Part shown: in pieces, positions 26,290 to 36,290 of the stretch
How positions within the stretch are numbered: the stretch's first letter is position 1
How the letters are laid out: each line of letters starts with the position of its first letter
NCBI GenBank assembly: GCA_013820875.1
Contig: JACDHS010000008.1
Span: 277-64,276, forward strand
DNA from: Verrucomicrobiota bacterium
GTDB lineage: Bacteria; Verrucomicrobiota; Verrucomicrobiia; Limisphaerales; JACDHS01
Direction of reading: 5' to 3'
DNA: 64,000 bases
Position numbers and translations under genes: made by a program
Notes under the pieces: model-generated
What the model was told of the DNA's origin: nothing
Databases searched by the model: none
What the model saw: the letters and a program-made list of their open reading frames with translations, nothing else

Positions 26290-27720
26290 TCAGGCTTGCT
26301 TGATTTGCTTCACGAGGTCTGGGAAGCGGCAGTTCTCGCAGATGGCGTTCGAATGTTCACAGAAATCGCGCACAATCTGCAAGAGACCCTGCTGGGCAGC
26401 GGCGGATTTCAACAACCCATTTTTGTTTCCTGACAGCAATCGTTTGCGGGCCAGCTTAAGCACCGAATTGTCTTCCGCCATGGGCCATTCAAAATAGCGG
26501 TTTTCTGCAGCCCGCTGCATTACCTGGTTTTTACCTGCTACCGACCGGATCCAGAACCAGGGCAGCACGACGTTTATTGCCAGATCGGTGGCGCGATTCT
26601 CTCCAATCAAAGTTTGCTCTGTTTCAAACCCCGCGGAGCTGAAGGTCCAGTGTTTGGCCCAAAAAATATCTTTATCGTTCTGCAGAACTTTCAACAGTGA
26701 TGGCAGAAGTTCCTTTTCCGGTTTGGCGGTGGCAAACCAGTTTTCCAGGCGATGAAAGAAATCGGGTGAACTGAGCCAATGCGCGGCCAGGGCGAGGCGT
26801 CGTTGCGGATGATTCGCGGGACGGATCCCAGCCAGTTTCCAAACGTTTTTCGGCAAACTGAATTCCGCCAGGCTTTCGCGTTCGCGCCACCAGATATTCC
26901 AGAGTTGTTGCACGTAGCTATTCGCGCCAGAACGGCCAGGTAATTCGCCGGGCAACAAACCGCTGATCCCGAGAAGGCGCGCCTGCATCTGGAGAAGATT
27001 GGGAGCATCACTGGTCAAGGCGGGCAGGCATTCTGCGATGCGTTGCATCGGCCAGGTATTATGTTTATAGCCGAGAGCGCGAAAGGCGCTTTCCCAGAAT
27101 GCTTGCGTCCAGCCGACCTGCCGTGAGCGAAACTCTATTTCCTTCGATTTTCGTTGGAATCGAACAAGGGCTGCCTGCCGGAGGAGGTCGCCGAGTTTAT
27201 CCGATTCCAACGCACAAAGCGGCGCGCAACAATTACCGCTCAGTTCCTTCGGCCAGCCCTGGGCCGGTTCGGTCCCGAGCCATTCTGCAAGTTCAGGGAG
27301 CGAGGCATCCAGGATGTTGCCGAGAGTGAGGACCGGGAACGGCATCGGCAGGTTTTCGCCTGACCAGATGACGTGAAGGATGACATTCCTGAAATTGGGG
27401 TTGGAATGATGCCCGTGATCGCGCCAACCGCGATGCGTCAGGTCCAGTTCGATATCGCCCGTTTTAATCTCCCCGCCGATTTTGATCACTGCATTGCGAA
27501 AATCCGGGCCCGGTTCGCTGTTCCAAAAACCAGGATGAAGCACCTGGAGCGTTTTGCCGTCCAAGGTTTGCATGGCATCGCGCTTCAACCGTTGATGATG
27601 CCAGATGACTTGTAGCAGGCGCTCGGGAGGCGCGGCGCCAACTTCCTGTAGCGTAGTGAATGGCAAGTGTTCGTAGCGCCATTGTGCATAAAGGTTTGTT
27701 CCCAGGAGAGACACGACCAT
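26290..27720 (-). CDS. DUF2851 family protein
   Basis: ERLLQVIW, PGFWN...GPDF..A, GDIELD...W..HGH...NF.NVILHV, RPANHPQRRLA motifs. Confidence 0.88.
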   Translation of the reverse strand: MVVSLLGTNLYAQWRYEHLPFTTLQEVGAAPPERLLQVIWHHQRLKRDAMQTLDGKTLQVLHPGFWNSEPGPDFRNAVIKIGGEIKTGDIELDLTHRGWRDHGHHSNPNFRNVILHVIWSGENLPMPFPVLTLGNILDASLPELAEWLGTEPAQGWPKELSGNCCAPLCALESDKLGDLLRQAALVRFQRKSKEIEFRSRQVGWTQAFWESAFRALGYKHNTWPMQRIAECLPALTSDAPNLLQMQARLLGISGLLPGELPGRSGANSYVQQLWNIWWRERESLAEFSLPKNVWKLAGIRPANHPQRRLALAAHWLSSPDFFHRLENWFATAKPEKELLPSLLKVLQNDKDIFWAKHWTFSSAGFETEQTLIGENRATDLAINVVLPWFWIRSVAGKNQVMQRAAENRYFEWPMAEDNSVLKLARKRLLSGNKNGLLKSAAAQQGLLQIVRDFCEHSNAICENCRFPDLVKQIKQA

Positions 27721-27991
27721 GCTTTTCAGCGGATGGAAGCACAAAGTCAAGCCGCGCCTGTAGAGAAGGGGTGTTTTTAAGCAGGTGAATGCTGCCGACA
27801 GCACATATTGAATTGGCGGAAGCCAAACGCAACTTCAACCATTTTGAACGAAGCGAAAGCAATTTTGTCGTGTTTATATCCAAGTCTGGCTTGGCGATTG
27901 GCAAAAAAGAGACTCGAAACAGGTTCAAATTCAATTGAAATAGAAATTTCATTGGCGCATCCCGGTGTGCCCCTTAAATTGTGCCCCCTAA

Positions 27992-28960
27992 ATGTCAGGT
28001 AATGGATACATGATCGAAGTCTCAAACCTCACCAAGCGATACGCCGGTCATGTCGCCATCTCCAATCTCTCCTTCACCGTCGAACGCGGCGAGATTGTTG
28101 GGCTGCTTGGGCCAAATGGGGCAGGGAAGTCCACCACCATGCGTATCTTATCCTGCTTTATGCCGGCAACCTCCGGAACGGCGCGGGTGGCAGGCCTGGA
28201 TGTTTTTCATGACGCAGACGAAGTGCGCCGTCGGATTGGCTTCATGCCGGAGAATAACCCGCTCTATACAGAAATGCGGGTTCGGGAGTACGTGAAGTTT
28301 CGTGCCCGCATTAAAGGGCTTTACGGCGCTAAAATGCGCGACCGCGTGGACACCGTCCTGCAACAGTGTGGCCTGACCGATGTTACAAAGAAGATGATTG
28401 GTGTGTTGTCGAAAGGGTATCGGCAACGGGTTGGATTGGCTGACGCCCTGGTCCATGAACCGGAACTGATTATTCTCGACGAGCCGACCATTGGGCTGGA
28501 TCCCGACCAGATTCGTTCCGTGCGCCAGTTGATTAAGGATCTCGGCAAGAAACACACCGTTCTTATTTCCAGCCATATCCTGCCTGAGGTGGAAATGACC
28601 TGCAGCCGTGTCCTCATCATGCGCGGCGGCCACATCCTGGCGGCAGACAGTCCGGCGAACCTCGAGAAAGCGCTTAGTCACGAGAACCAGATCGTTGTCG
28701 AGCTTGCCGCACCCATCGAAGACCTTACGATCTGCTGGGAACAGATGGCCGAGGTGGAACATTTCGATATCGCGCCGATTGATTCCGATTACTTCCGTTG
28801 CTCGCTCACCCCGGTGAACGGAGCGGATATCCGCCCGCAAATCTTCAACATGGTGAAAGAGCGTGGCTGGACGTTGCGTGAACTGTCGCGCAGCCGCTAT
28901 TCGTTGGAAGACATTTACGTGCGCGTCACCCGTCCTCAAAGTGAGGAGGAACTTTACTGA
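27992..28960 (+). CDS. ABC transporter ATP-binding protein (GldA-like)
   Basis: GPNGAGKST Walker A, LSKGYRQRVGLA, ILDEPT. Confidence 0.95.
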   Translation: MSGNGYMIEVSNLTKRYAGHVAISNLSFTVERGEIVGLLGPNGAGKSTTMRILSCFMPATSGTARVAGLDVFHDADEVRRRIGFMPENNPLYTEMRVREYVKFRARIKGLYGAKMRDRVDTVLQQCGLTDVTKKMIGVLSKGYRQRVGLADALVHEPELIILDEPTIGLDPDQIRSVRQLIKDLGKKHTVLISSHILPEVEMTCSRVLIMRGGHILAADSPANLEKALSHENQIVVELAAPIEDLTICWEQMAEVEHFDIAPIDSDYFRCSLTPVNGADIRPQIFNMVKERGWTLRELSRSRYSLEDIYVRVTRPQSEEELY

Positions 28961-29709
28961 TGAGAGTTTTCTTTACCCTCACCCGGCGCGAGTTGGCTGG
29001 CTTTCTCGTTTCCATTGCCGGGTATGTCATCATTGCGATGGCGGTGTTTCTCATGGGGCTTAGTTTTTCCGTGCTGGTTGGAAAACTGGAAGTGCCAACG
29101 CCGATGCCGATTGTGGAACTCTTCTACATGACCCCCTTCTTTTGGTTGATCCTGATCTTGTCGGTGCCAGTCATCACGATGCGTTTGTTCGCTTTGGAAA
29201 AGTATTCCGGCACCTACGAAACTTTGATGACGACTCCGGTGGGTGATTGGCAGGTTGTTCTGGCGAAGTTCACCGCTTCCCTGATCTTCTATATGCTGAT
29301 GTGGATCCCGCTGATTGGATGCATGTATGTGTTGAGCCGTTACTCGAACGATGCCGCGGCTTTTAATTGGGTTAGTATTGGCACGACGTATCTGGGGATC
29401 TTTTTAGTCGGAGCCCTGTTCATGTCGGTGGGGCTGCTCGCTTCCTCTCTCACGCGCAACCAAATCGTGGCAGCGATGGTGAGCCTGGCATTTACGGTGA
29501 GCGTGTTTCTGCTCAGTTTTGCCGGTGAAAAATTCGGCATGGAAACCGATTGGATGAACGAAGCCTTACGGTATGTCGCCATGGTTGATCACATGCAGGA
29601 TTTCGCGCGCGGCATTGTGGACACACGCCAGGTTGCGTTCTATTTAACCCTCAGCTCATTCTTTTTGTTCCTCACTTACCGCGTGGTGCAAAGCCGACGT
29701 TGGAAATAA
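28960..29709 (+). CDS. ABC-2 permease (GldF-like)
   Basis: ITMRLFALEKYSGTYETLMTTP, SSLTRNQIVAA, DFARGIVDTR; six hydrophobic segments. Confidence 0.92.
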   Translation: MRVFFTLTRRELAGFLVSIAGYVIIAMAVFLMGLSFSVLVGKLEVPTPMPIVELFYMTPFFWLILILSVPVITMRLFALEKYSGTYETLMTTPVGDWQVVLAKFTASLIFYMLMWIPLIGCMYVLSRYSNDAAAFNWVSIGTTYLGIFLVGALFMSVGLLASSLTRNQIVAAMVSLAFTVSVFLLSFAGEKFGMETDWMNEALRYVAMVDHMQDFARGIVDTRQVAFYLTLSSFFLFLTYRVVQSRRWK

Positions 29710-29710
29710 A

Positions 29711-31219
29711 ATGGCCACAAAACCTAAACCCAGTTTCTCTCCCGCACGCCGGTTCGCGATTTTGCTCAATGTCGTTCTTTCAGCTATGGCGTTGCTGGTG
29801 CTCGTTGGGATGGCGAATTATCTCTCCGCGGGTTATTACAAAAGGCTGCAACTCGCCGAAAACTCCCGCGTGGAACTCTCCCCGCAAACCCGAAAGGTTT
29901 TGCAAAGCATCACCAACAATGTGGATGTCACGCTGTTTTATGATGTCGAAATGGAGGAAGAACTTTACACGCTTTCTTCGGAACTGCTGAAGGAATACAG
30001 CCTGGTCAATCCCCGCATCAAAGTCCGGACCCTGGATTATACCCGTTTTCCAGGTGACGCCGCGTTGTTCCTGGCCAAATACCGGCTTGATGCAATGAAG
30101 GATCGCAACCTGATCCTTTTCGATTCCAACGGCCAGACGAAAATCGTTAATCAAACTCAACTCTCTGACTACGACGTCAACGCTGTCTTGCGTGGTGATA
30201 CAAAGGAATTCCGGCGGAACGCTTTTCGCGGCGAGATGATGTTTACCCCGGCGGTTTTTACAGTCAGTTACCCGCGCAACCTCAAGGCATATTTCCTCTG
30301 GGGCCATGGCGAACATGATCCCGACAACACATCGCATGATTACGGCTATGCAAAATTCGCCGCGGTATTGAAAGACGAGAACAATACGGATTGGGAAAAG
30401 CTGACACTATCGGCAACAAATGATGTCCCTGCCGATTGCCAGCTTCTGATCATTGCCGGGCCGAGGTCGGCCCAGTTTACTGAGAATGAATTGGAGTCCC
30501 TGGACCGTTATTTAACTCGTGGCGGACGGATGTTCGTCCTGATGAACAATTTGAAACACGGTCCTGCCTCGGGGATTGAACAGTTGCTGATGAAATGGGG
30601 TGTTGAAGTGGCGGAAAACATCGTTCTCGATGGCGAAAACACCACTAGCGGGCACGATATTCTCACCACCCAGATTAATCCCACCCATCCTGTCACAAAA
30701 ACGATGTTCAGCGAAGGTTTGCGGGTGCAACTGGTGTTGCCTCGCTCCGTTACGCCTGCGCTGGATGTCTCCAGAAGTGCGGACGCGCCGAAAGCTGAAA
30801 TTCTTGCCGCCAGCGGCACGAATGCCGTTGGACATTTTGTTATCAAGGGCCAGGGAACAGTGGATACCCAGGAGAAAACAGGCGCGTTCGGTCTCATCGC
30901 AGCGGTGGAGCAGGGGGGGATCAAAGGAGTTTCTGCCGAACGCGGTTCCACTCGCATCATTGTCATCGGCGATTCGCTTTGCTTGAACAATCAACTGCTT
31001 GATTCAGCGGCGAATCATTATTTCGCCGTGTTCGCGATCAATTGGCTGCTCGCTCAACCAAGCCTGCTTTTGGAAGGACTTGGTCCGCGTCCGATCAAAG
31101 AATACAAACTGACCATGAGCACTGCTGAAATGCGCAAGGTGCGATGGGTTCTGATGGCTGGCATGCCGGGCGCTGTTCTTGCATTTGGCGGGCTGGTTTG
31201 GCTGCGCCGCCGCAGTTAA
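29711..31219 (+). CDS. GldG-family ABC auxiliary component
   Basis: N- and C-terminal TM anchors, YFLWGHGE, IIAGPR, IVIGDS motifs. Confidence 0.88.
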   Translation: MATKPKPSFSPARRFAILLNVVLSAMALLVLVGMANYLSAGYYKRLQLAENSRVELSPQTRKVLQSITNNVDVTLFYDVEMEEELYTLSSELLKEYSLVNPRIKVRTLDYTRFPGDAALFLAKYRLDAMKDRNLILFDSNGQTKIVNQTQLSDYDVNAVLRGDTKEFRRNAFRGEMMFTPAVFTVSYPRNLKAYFLWGHGEHDPDNTSHDYGYAKFAAVLKDENNTDWEKLTLSATNDVPADCQLLIIAGPRSAQFTENELESLDRYLTRGGRMFVLMNNLKHGPASGIEQLLMKWGVEVAENIVLDGENTTSGHDILTTQINPTHPVTKTMFSEGLRVQLVLPRSVTPALDVSRSADAPKAEILAASGTNAVGHFVIKGQGTVDTQEKTGAFGLIAAVEQGGIKGVSAERGSTRIIVIGDSLCLNNQLLDSAANHYFAVFAINWLLAQPSLLLEGLGPRPIKEYKLTMSTAEMRKVRWVLMAGMPGAVLAFGGLVWLRRRS

Positions 31220-31228
31220 TCGCTCTCG

Positions 31229-33067
31229 ATGAATTATAAATCGACATGGTTGCTCTTGCTCTTCGCTGGTGCGTTGTTCGTTTTCGTTGTCTTTGTCGAG
31301 CGCCCCTTCCGTGAAACGCGCCAGATGCAGGCTGACACTCGCCTGCTTCCATCTCTCACCTTTAGCAACCTGACGGCCATACAGATTCGTCCTGCCGGGC
31401 GGTTCGACATTTTTGTGGAGAACACAAATGATGCGTGGCGGCTGATCAAACCAATTGATTACCCGGCCAACGCCGAATTCATCGAAGTGCTGATTGCAAA
31501 TCTTGCTTCTCTCCAATGGCACACGCGCATCACTGCCGACGAATTGAAGCAGCGTCCCAATGCCCAGGAGGAGTTCGGCATGAGCACGCCTCAATTTACG
31601 CTCAAGATTCAGACGAAAGATTCTGAGCATAACATCCTGGTCGGCAGCAAAAGCGTCATGGGCAATGAAGTCTTCGTGCAATTTGTGGGCGGCGACAGTT
31701 TATACCTCGTTGACTCCGCATGGATGGATTTCCTCCCGCGCCGCCCGGAAGACTGGCGTGATCCGGCGGTCTTTCCTGCTGCGATTCTCAGTGTCACCGG
31801 CATAGATGTCCGTGCTGGAACCCGTGGATTGAAGCTCGATGTGAATCCCACCAATCAGCTTTGGCGGATGACGCGGCCGATCGAGGCCCGAGCGGATAAT
31901 GCCAAGATTATTTCTCTACTCACAAACCTTGCTGCGATGCGCATATCGGCTTACGTCGCCGAGGAAACAGAGTTGGACCTGGAGCAGTTTGGCCTGCCCA
32001 ACACCTCCGGCACGCCTCCGCAACTGGAGCTTTCATTTTTTCAGGGAACCAACCTGCTGTCGGGGTTGCAGATTGGAAACAGCCTGACCAACGCTCCGGA
32101 GTTCATCTTCGCCAAATATCTAGAGCGAGATGCTGTCTTCGTTGTGCCAAAAGCTCCTTTCGATGCATGGCTGGTGCCCCTGGCGGAATTCCGTAATCGT
32201 CGTCTGACCCGTTTCAGCACGAACCAACTTGAGCGCTTCGACGTCCGTGGCAGTAAACATTTTTCAATCGTTCGCCACCCAAAAGGTAAATGGGACGTGG
32301 CGCAGGCGGAAACCTTTACGGCCGATGCCGAATCCATCAACGACCTTCTGTTTGCTCTTTCAAACGTGCAGGTGACGTTCGAGAACGATGTCGTCACCGA
32401 TTTCAGTTCCTTTGGTCTCGTGAATCCCGTCCTGGACTACACCATCTCAGGCCACATGACCAACGCGATTCGTGGACACATGGAAATCATCCAGGAACAG
32501 CTTCGCTTCGGCACCAATGAAACCGGCAAAGTGTTCGTGCGCAGAAACGACGAATCGCGCGTTTACTCCATTCATCCGCAGGAGTTTTCCCTGTTCCCAC
32601 ATTCCGCCTGGCAATTGGCTGACAAACAGGTCTGGAATTTCACCGTCAGCAATGTCGTGAGTGTCCTCATTGAGCAGCACGGAAAAAGTCGGAAATTACT
32701 GCGTCGTGGCGAAAACGAATGGTCTGTGGCACCGGGTTACGAGGGAATCATCAACCCGTTTCTCATCGAGGAAGCGATGCATCGTCTTGGAAAGCTGAAT
32801 GCAGTCTTCTGGACTGCTCGTGGTGAGTTGCCGAACGATCCTTATGGAATCAAACAGAATGATTTTCGTCTCACCATTGAAATACAACGGGACGGCAAAA
32901 CCGAACTGCTCCCGCTGGGTTTCGGGGATTTTTCGGAATTCAAGATGCCTTACGCCTCGACTATCCTGAAAGACCAGCCAGTGGTGTTTGAATTTCCGCT
33001 CGCATTATACCTTGAATTCATTCGCCGGGATTTGAGTATTGTCCCGGCGCCTTTGCCGCCGCAATAA
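31229..33067 (+). CDS. DUF4340 domain protein
   Basis: N-terminal TM, repeated W....P...RAD...I..LL..L and EFGL..P modules following GldG. Confidence 0.82.
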   Translation: MNYKSTWLLLLFAGALFVFVVFVERPFRETRQMQADTRLLPSLTFSNLTAIQIRPAGRFDIFVENTNDAWRLIKPIDYPANAEFIEVLIANLASLQWHTRITADELKQRPNAQEEFGMSTPQFTLKIQTKDSEHNILVGSKSVMGNEVFVQFVGGDSLYLVDSAWMDFLPRRPEDWRDPAVFPAAILSVTGIDVRAGTRGLKLDVNPTNQLWRMTRPIEARADNAKIISLLTNLAAMRISAYVAEETELDLEQFGLPNTSGTPPQLELSFFQGTNLLSGLQIGNSLTNAPEFIFAKYLERDAVFVVPKAPFDAWLVPLAEFRNRRLTRFSTNQLERFDVRGSKHFSIVRHPKGKWDVAQAETFTADAESINDLLFALSNVQVTFENDVVTDFSSFGLVNPVLDYTISGHMTNAIRGHMEIIQEQLRFGTNETGKVFVRRNDESRVYSIHPQEFSLFPHSAWQLADKQVWNFTVSNVVSVLIEQHGKSRKLLRRGENEWSVAPGYEGIINPFLIEEAMHRLGKLNAVFWTARGELPNDPYGIKQNDFRLTIEIQRDGKTELLPLGFGDFSEFKMPYASTILKDQPVVFEFPLALYLEFIRRDLSIVPAPLPPQ

Positions 33068-33068
33068 G

Positions 33069-36000
33069 ATGACAAAAAAGAAGCCCAGTCGTTTCTGGCG
33101 CATCATGCGCCTCATGTTTCGATGGAGTCGCATTGCGGTTTGGCTGCTCCTTTTGGCGATCATCGTCGCAGTCATCTACGTCAATTCAATCGGTCTCCCC
33201 AGTTTCTTGAAAGAACCGCTCCTGGCGGAGTTGCGCGAGCGCGGTTGGGACGTGGAATTCAGCCGCATGCGCTGGCGATGGTTCCGGGGCATCGTCATCG
33301 AGAACGCTACTTTCTCGCCGGTGGATAAGGACTCTCAGTCTAGATTTTCTACGACTGAGGCAGAGTTGAACGTCGATTTTTCGCGGAAAAAAGATTCCAG
33401 GGTCACATTGAAATCGATTTTGATTCGCGAAGGCGAATTCACGGCCACCCTTGAGACCAACACTCCTCCGCTACTGTTGGAAAAAATCCAGGCGACAATT
33501 CATTTCCTGCCAGACGATCGGCTACTGATCCAACCGTTCGAAGCGCAGTTTCGGGGAATTCATTTTCAACTCTCCTGCGACCTCACCAATGCTTCCGCGC
33601 TTAAAGAATTAAGCTTTCTCTTGCCGGAAAAGAAACCGGCTGACGCATCTGAGACGGCGGTGAAAAAGTGGCTTGAGATGGTCCAGGAAATCCAGTTTGC
33701 TGACGAACCGGAAGTGACTCTGACGGCATCGGGCGATCTGCGCGACTGGCAAAAAATGACGGCAGAATTGAAGGTCGGAACCGCAGGGGCAAAGACGCCA
33801 TGGGGACGGTTCGAAGGAGTCGGTTTTCTCGGGGAAATGAATCCGCGCGGCACGACGAATCCACCTCTCTTCGGCCTTCAATTGAGCGCTACTGATTCGC
33901 GCACCCGTTGGGGCAGTGTGAAGGATTTGAATAAACGATCGCAGTTTTCACTTTCTGATTTGCGCACCAATGTTTTGGAGTGTGAATTCGCCTTGAGCGG
34001 CAACCAGTTTCGCACACGTTGGATCACGGAAAACGCCACCAATATACTGCGCTCTGGCAAAGCCCAAATCTCCGGGACAACGGCGCTCTCGTTGACGAAC
34101 TTCCTCCCGCTGGCCGCGGCAACACAGGTGCAATTGCGTCAAACCAACCTGCGTTTGCAGAAGCCAGGTTCAAGTAATGTGATCAACGCCGCGCTTCACC
34201 AGGCGGATTTCGCCGTCGCTTACGATCCTGTCCGGCCAAATGCGATGGACAATGTGGAAGAGTTTGGCTTTTGGACAAACCTCCAGCCGTTCACTGTGAG
34301 TGGGCGCTTCGATTTTGGCCGCGTGAAAGATCAGCAAATCAATCTTGAGAAACTTCTCGTCTCGGGCGATTGGGCCTGGCCCCGCGTGGAACTCATGGAT
34401 GTTCAAAGCTCCTTGTATGGCGGCGAATCTGCCGTCCGCGGAAACCTTGATGTTGTCACCCGCGAGCTCGCGCTAAATGTCACCAGTAGTTTTGATGTGA
34501 AGAAGATTTCCTCATTGCTGCCTCCTGCTGGTCAACGTGTCATGGCAGATCTGGCCTGGAAAAAACCGCCGCGTGCAGAAGGGGATATTCGGATTATTTT
34601 ACCGGCATGGACCGATGCGCAACCAGACTGGCATCAGGAAATTCTGCGAACCTTGCAACTCAATGCCCGCGTTCGAATAGAGAATGGCAGTTACCGGAAA
34701 ATTCCCGCCACCCTGGCGAGCACTGATCTTCATTACTCGAACAGGGTTTTGCGTTTGCCGAACATTCATCTAGTGACACCTACAAGCGAAGCGAAGCTGA
34801 GTCTCCTCGCTGATGAACGCACGCACACCTTCGAGGCGCATTTTGATGGGACCATCGATCCGAGACCTATTCGTTCTCAACTCGATCCAGAGCAACAGGA
34901 ATGGCTGGACCAGGTTTCATTTGTTAAACCGCCTAAACTCGAAGCGCGTCTCCGCGGTGGGTGGGACGATGTCCGATCGCTCAGCGCTGAAGGCCGTTTT
35001 TCCGCGGAAGAGTTTACCGTTCGTGGCGTGGACTTCTCTTCCGTTGATTCAACATTGAACTACACCAATTTCGTGGCGCGATTCGATGACCTTTTGTTGA
35101 AGCGCAACGACAAGCAAATTGCCGCCGATCGCATCACTCTTCATACCAACCGGATATTCTTCGACAATGTTGCGAGCACACTCGATCCAATGCTGGTGGC
35201 GGACATCATTGGCGAGGAGGTTGTTGAGGTGCTGTCCCCGTATGTCTTTGCTGAACCGCCCCACGTTTTGCTCAATGGCAGTCTTGGCCTGCAGACCATC
35301 GACGATGCAGACATGCGTTTCCAGATTGCTGGAGGAAAATTTCAATGGGGATTGCTCCATGCCGATTCCGGTTCGGGCGAGGCAAACTGGATTGATGAAA
35401 CGCTTACACTGACCAATTTGCACGCGATGGCCTACGGTGGAGGCACCTTGGCTGGAAACGCATTTCTTGATTTTTCGCCCCAGGTGAGAGCCGATTATCG
35501 CCTCGATGTCACCTTCACAAACGTGGATGTGCAATCGGCTGTTCTTAGCCTCAATGGCACCAACGAAGTCGAAGGGTTGTTGAACGGAGCTTTGACGGTT
35601 AATTTTGCTGACACCACCGGCTTGCACACCTGGCAGGGATATGGCCGGGGCGAACTGACCGACGGATTGATCTGGGAAATGCCGGTCTTTGGAATCTTTA
35701 CACCGGTCCTGAATGCCATCGTGCCCGGACTCGGCAAAAGCCGCGCTCGCTCCGCCACCGCTGATTTCATCATCACAAACGGCGTTGCCTTCTCGGACGA
35801 TTTGGAAATTCGTTCCTCCGGCTTTCGCATGCAATACCGAGGCACATTGTCTCACGAACTGGAGATCAATGCGCGCGTCATCGCCGAGCCGTTGCGCGAC
35901 ACCTGGGTCGTGGGCAAACTCCTCAGCACAGCACTGCTGCCGCTCAGCAAACTCTTCGAATACAAAGTCACCGGCCCGGCGCACGACCCCCAAATGAAAC

Positions 36001-36116
36001 CGGTGTATGTGCCCAAAGTACTGATGATGACATTGCGCCCCTTCAAAACCATCAAGGGACTTTTGCCCGACGACGACAAAGACGAAATTCAAGCAGTGCC
36101 AATCCTGGCGCCCTAA
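33069..36116 (+). CDS. AsmA/YhdP-like large periplasmic protein
   Basis: N-terminal TM, long beta-rich body, AsmA-like C-terminus (ADFIITNGVAFSDDLEI...MQYRG...EYKVTG...DP). Confidence 0.8.
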   Translation: MTKKKPSRFWRIMRLMFRWSRIAVWLLLLAIIVAVIYVNSIGLPSFLKEPLLAELRERGWDVEFSRMRWRWFRGIVIENATFSPVDKDSQSRFSTTEAELNVDFSRKKDSRVTLKSILIREGEFTATLETNTPPLLLEKIQATIHFLPDDRLLIQPFEAQFRGIHFQLSCDLTNASALKELSFLLPEKKPADASETAVKKWLEMVQEIQFADEPEVTLTASGDLRDWQKMTAELKVGTAGAKTPWGRFEGVGFLGEMNPRGTTNPPLFGLQLSATDSRTRWGSVKDLNKRSQFSLSDLRTNVLECEFALSGNQFRTRWITENATNILRSGKAQISGTTALSLTNFLPLAAATQVQLRQTNLRLQKPGSSNVINAALHQADFAVAYDPVRPNAMDNVEEFGFWTNLQPFTVSGRFDFGRVKDQQINLEKLLVSGDWAWPRVELMDVQSSLYGGESAVRGNLDVVTRELALNVTSSFDVKKISSLLPPAGQRVMADLAWKKPPRAEGDIRIILPAWTDAQPDWHQEILRTLQLNARVRIENGSYRKIPATLASTDLHYSNRVLRLPNIHLVTPTSEAKLSLLADERTHTFEAHFDGTIDPRPIRSQLDPEQQEWLDQVSFVKPPKLEARLRGGWDDVRSLSAEGRFSAEEFTVRGVDFSSVDSTLNYTNFVARFDDLLLKRNDKQIAADRITLHTNRIFFDNVASTLDPMLVADIIGEEVVEVLSPYVFAEPPHVLLNGSLGLQTIDDADMRFQIAGGKFQWGLLHADSGSGEANWIDETLTLTNLHAMAYGGGTLAGNAFLDFSPQVRADYRLDVTFTNVDVQSAVLSLNGTNEVEGLLNGALTVNFADTTGLHTWQGYGRGELTDGLIWEMPVFGIFTPVLNAIVPGLGKSRARSATADFIITNGVAFSDDLEIRSSGFRMQYRGTLSHELEINARVIAEPLRDTWVVGKLLSTALLPLSKLFEYKVTGPAHDPQMKPVYVPKVLMMTLRPFKTIKGLLPDDDKDEIQAVPILAP

Positions 36117-36290
36117 AAAGCGCGGCGCCTGACGCGTTCTGTTTCTGTCAGCCCAATTTTCAATTTCCCAAAGATTTCAAATTGTAGTTGAAACCACGCA
36201 TGACCGTTGATGCTCCGGCAAAGCATTTATGAGCACAATATCGGCAAGGCTGCGGAAGAACTGCAAATCGAAAAAGAATGGGCAGTGAGT

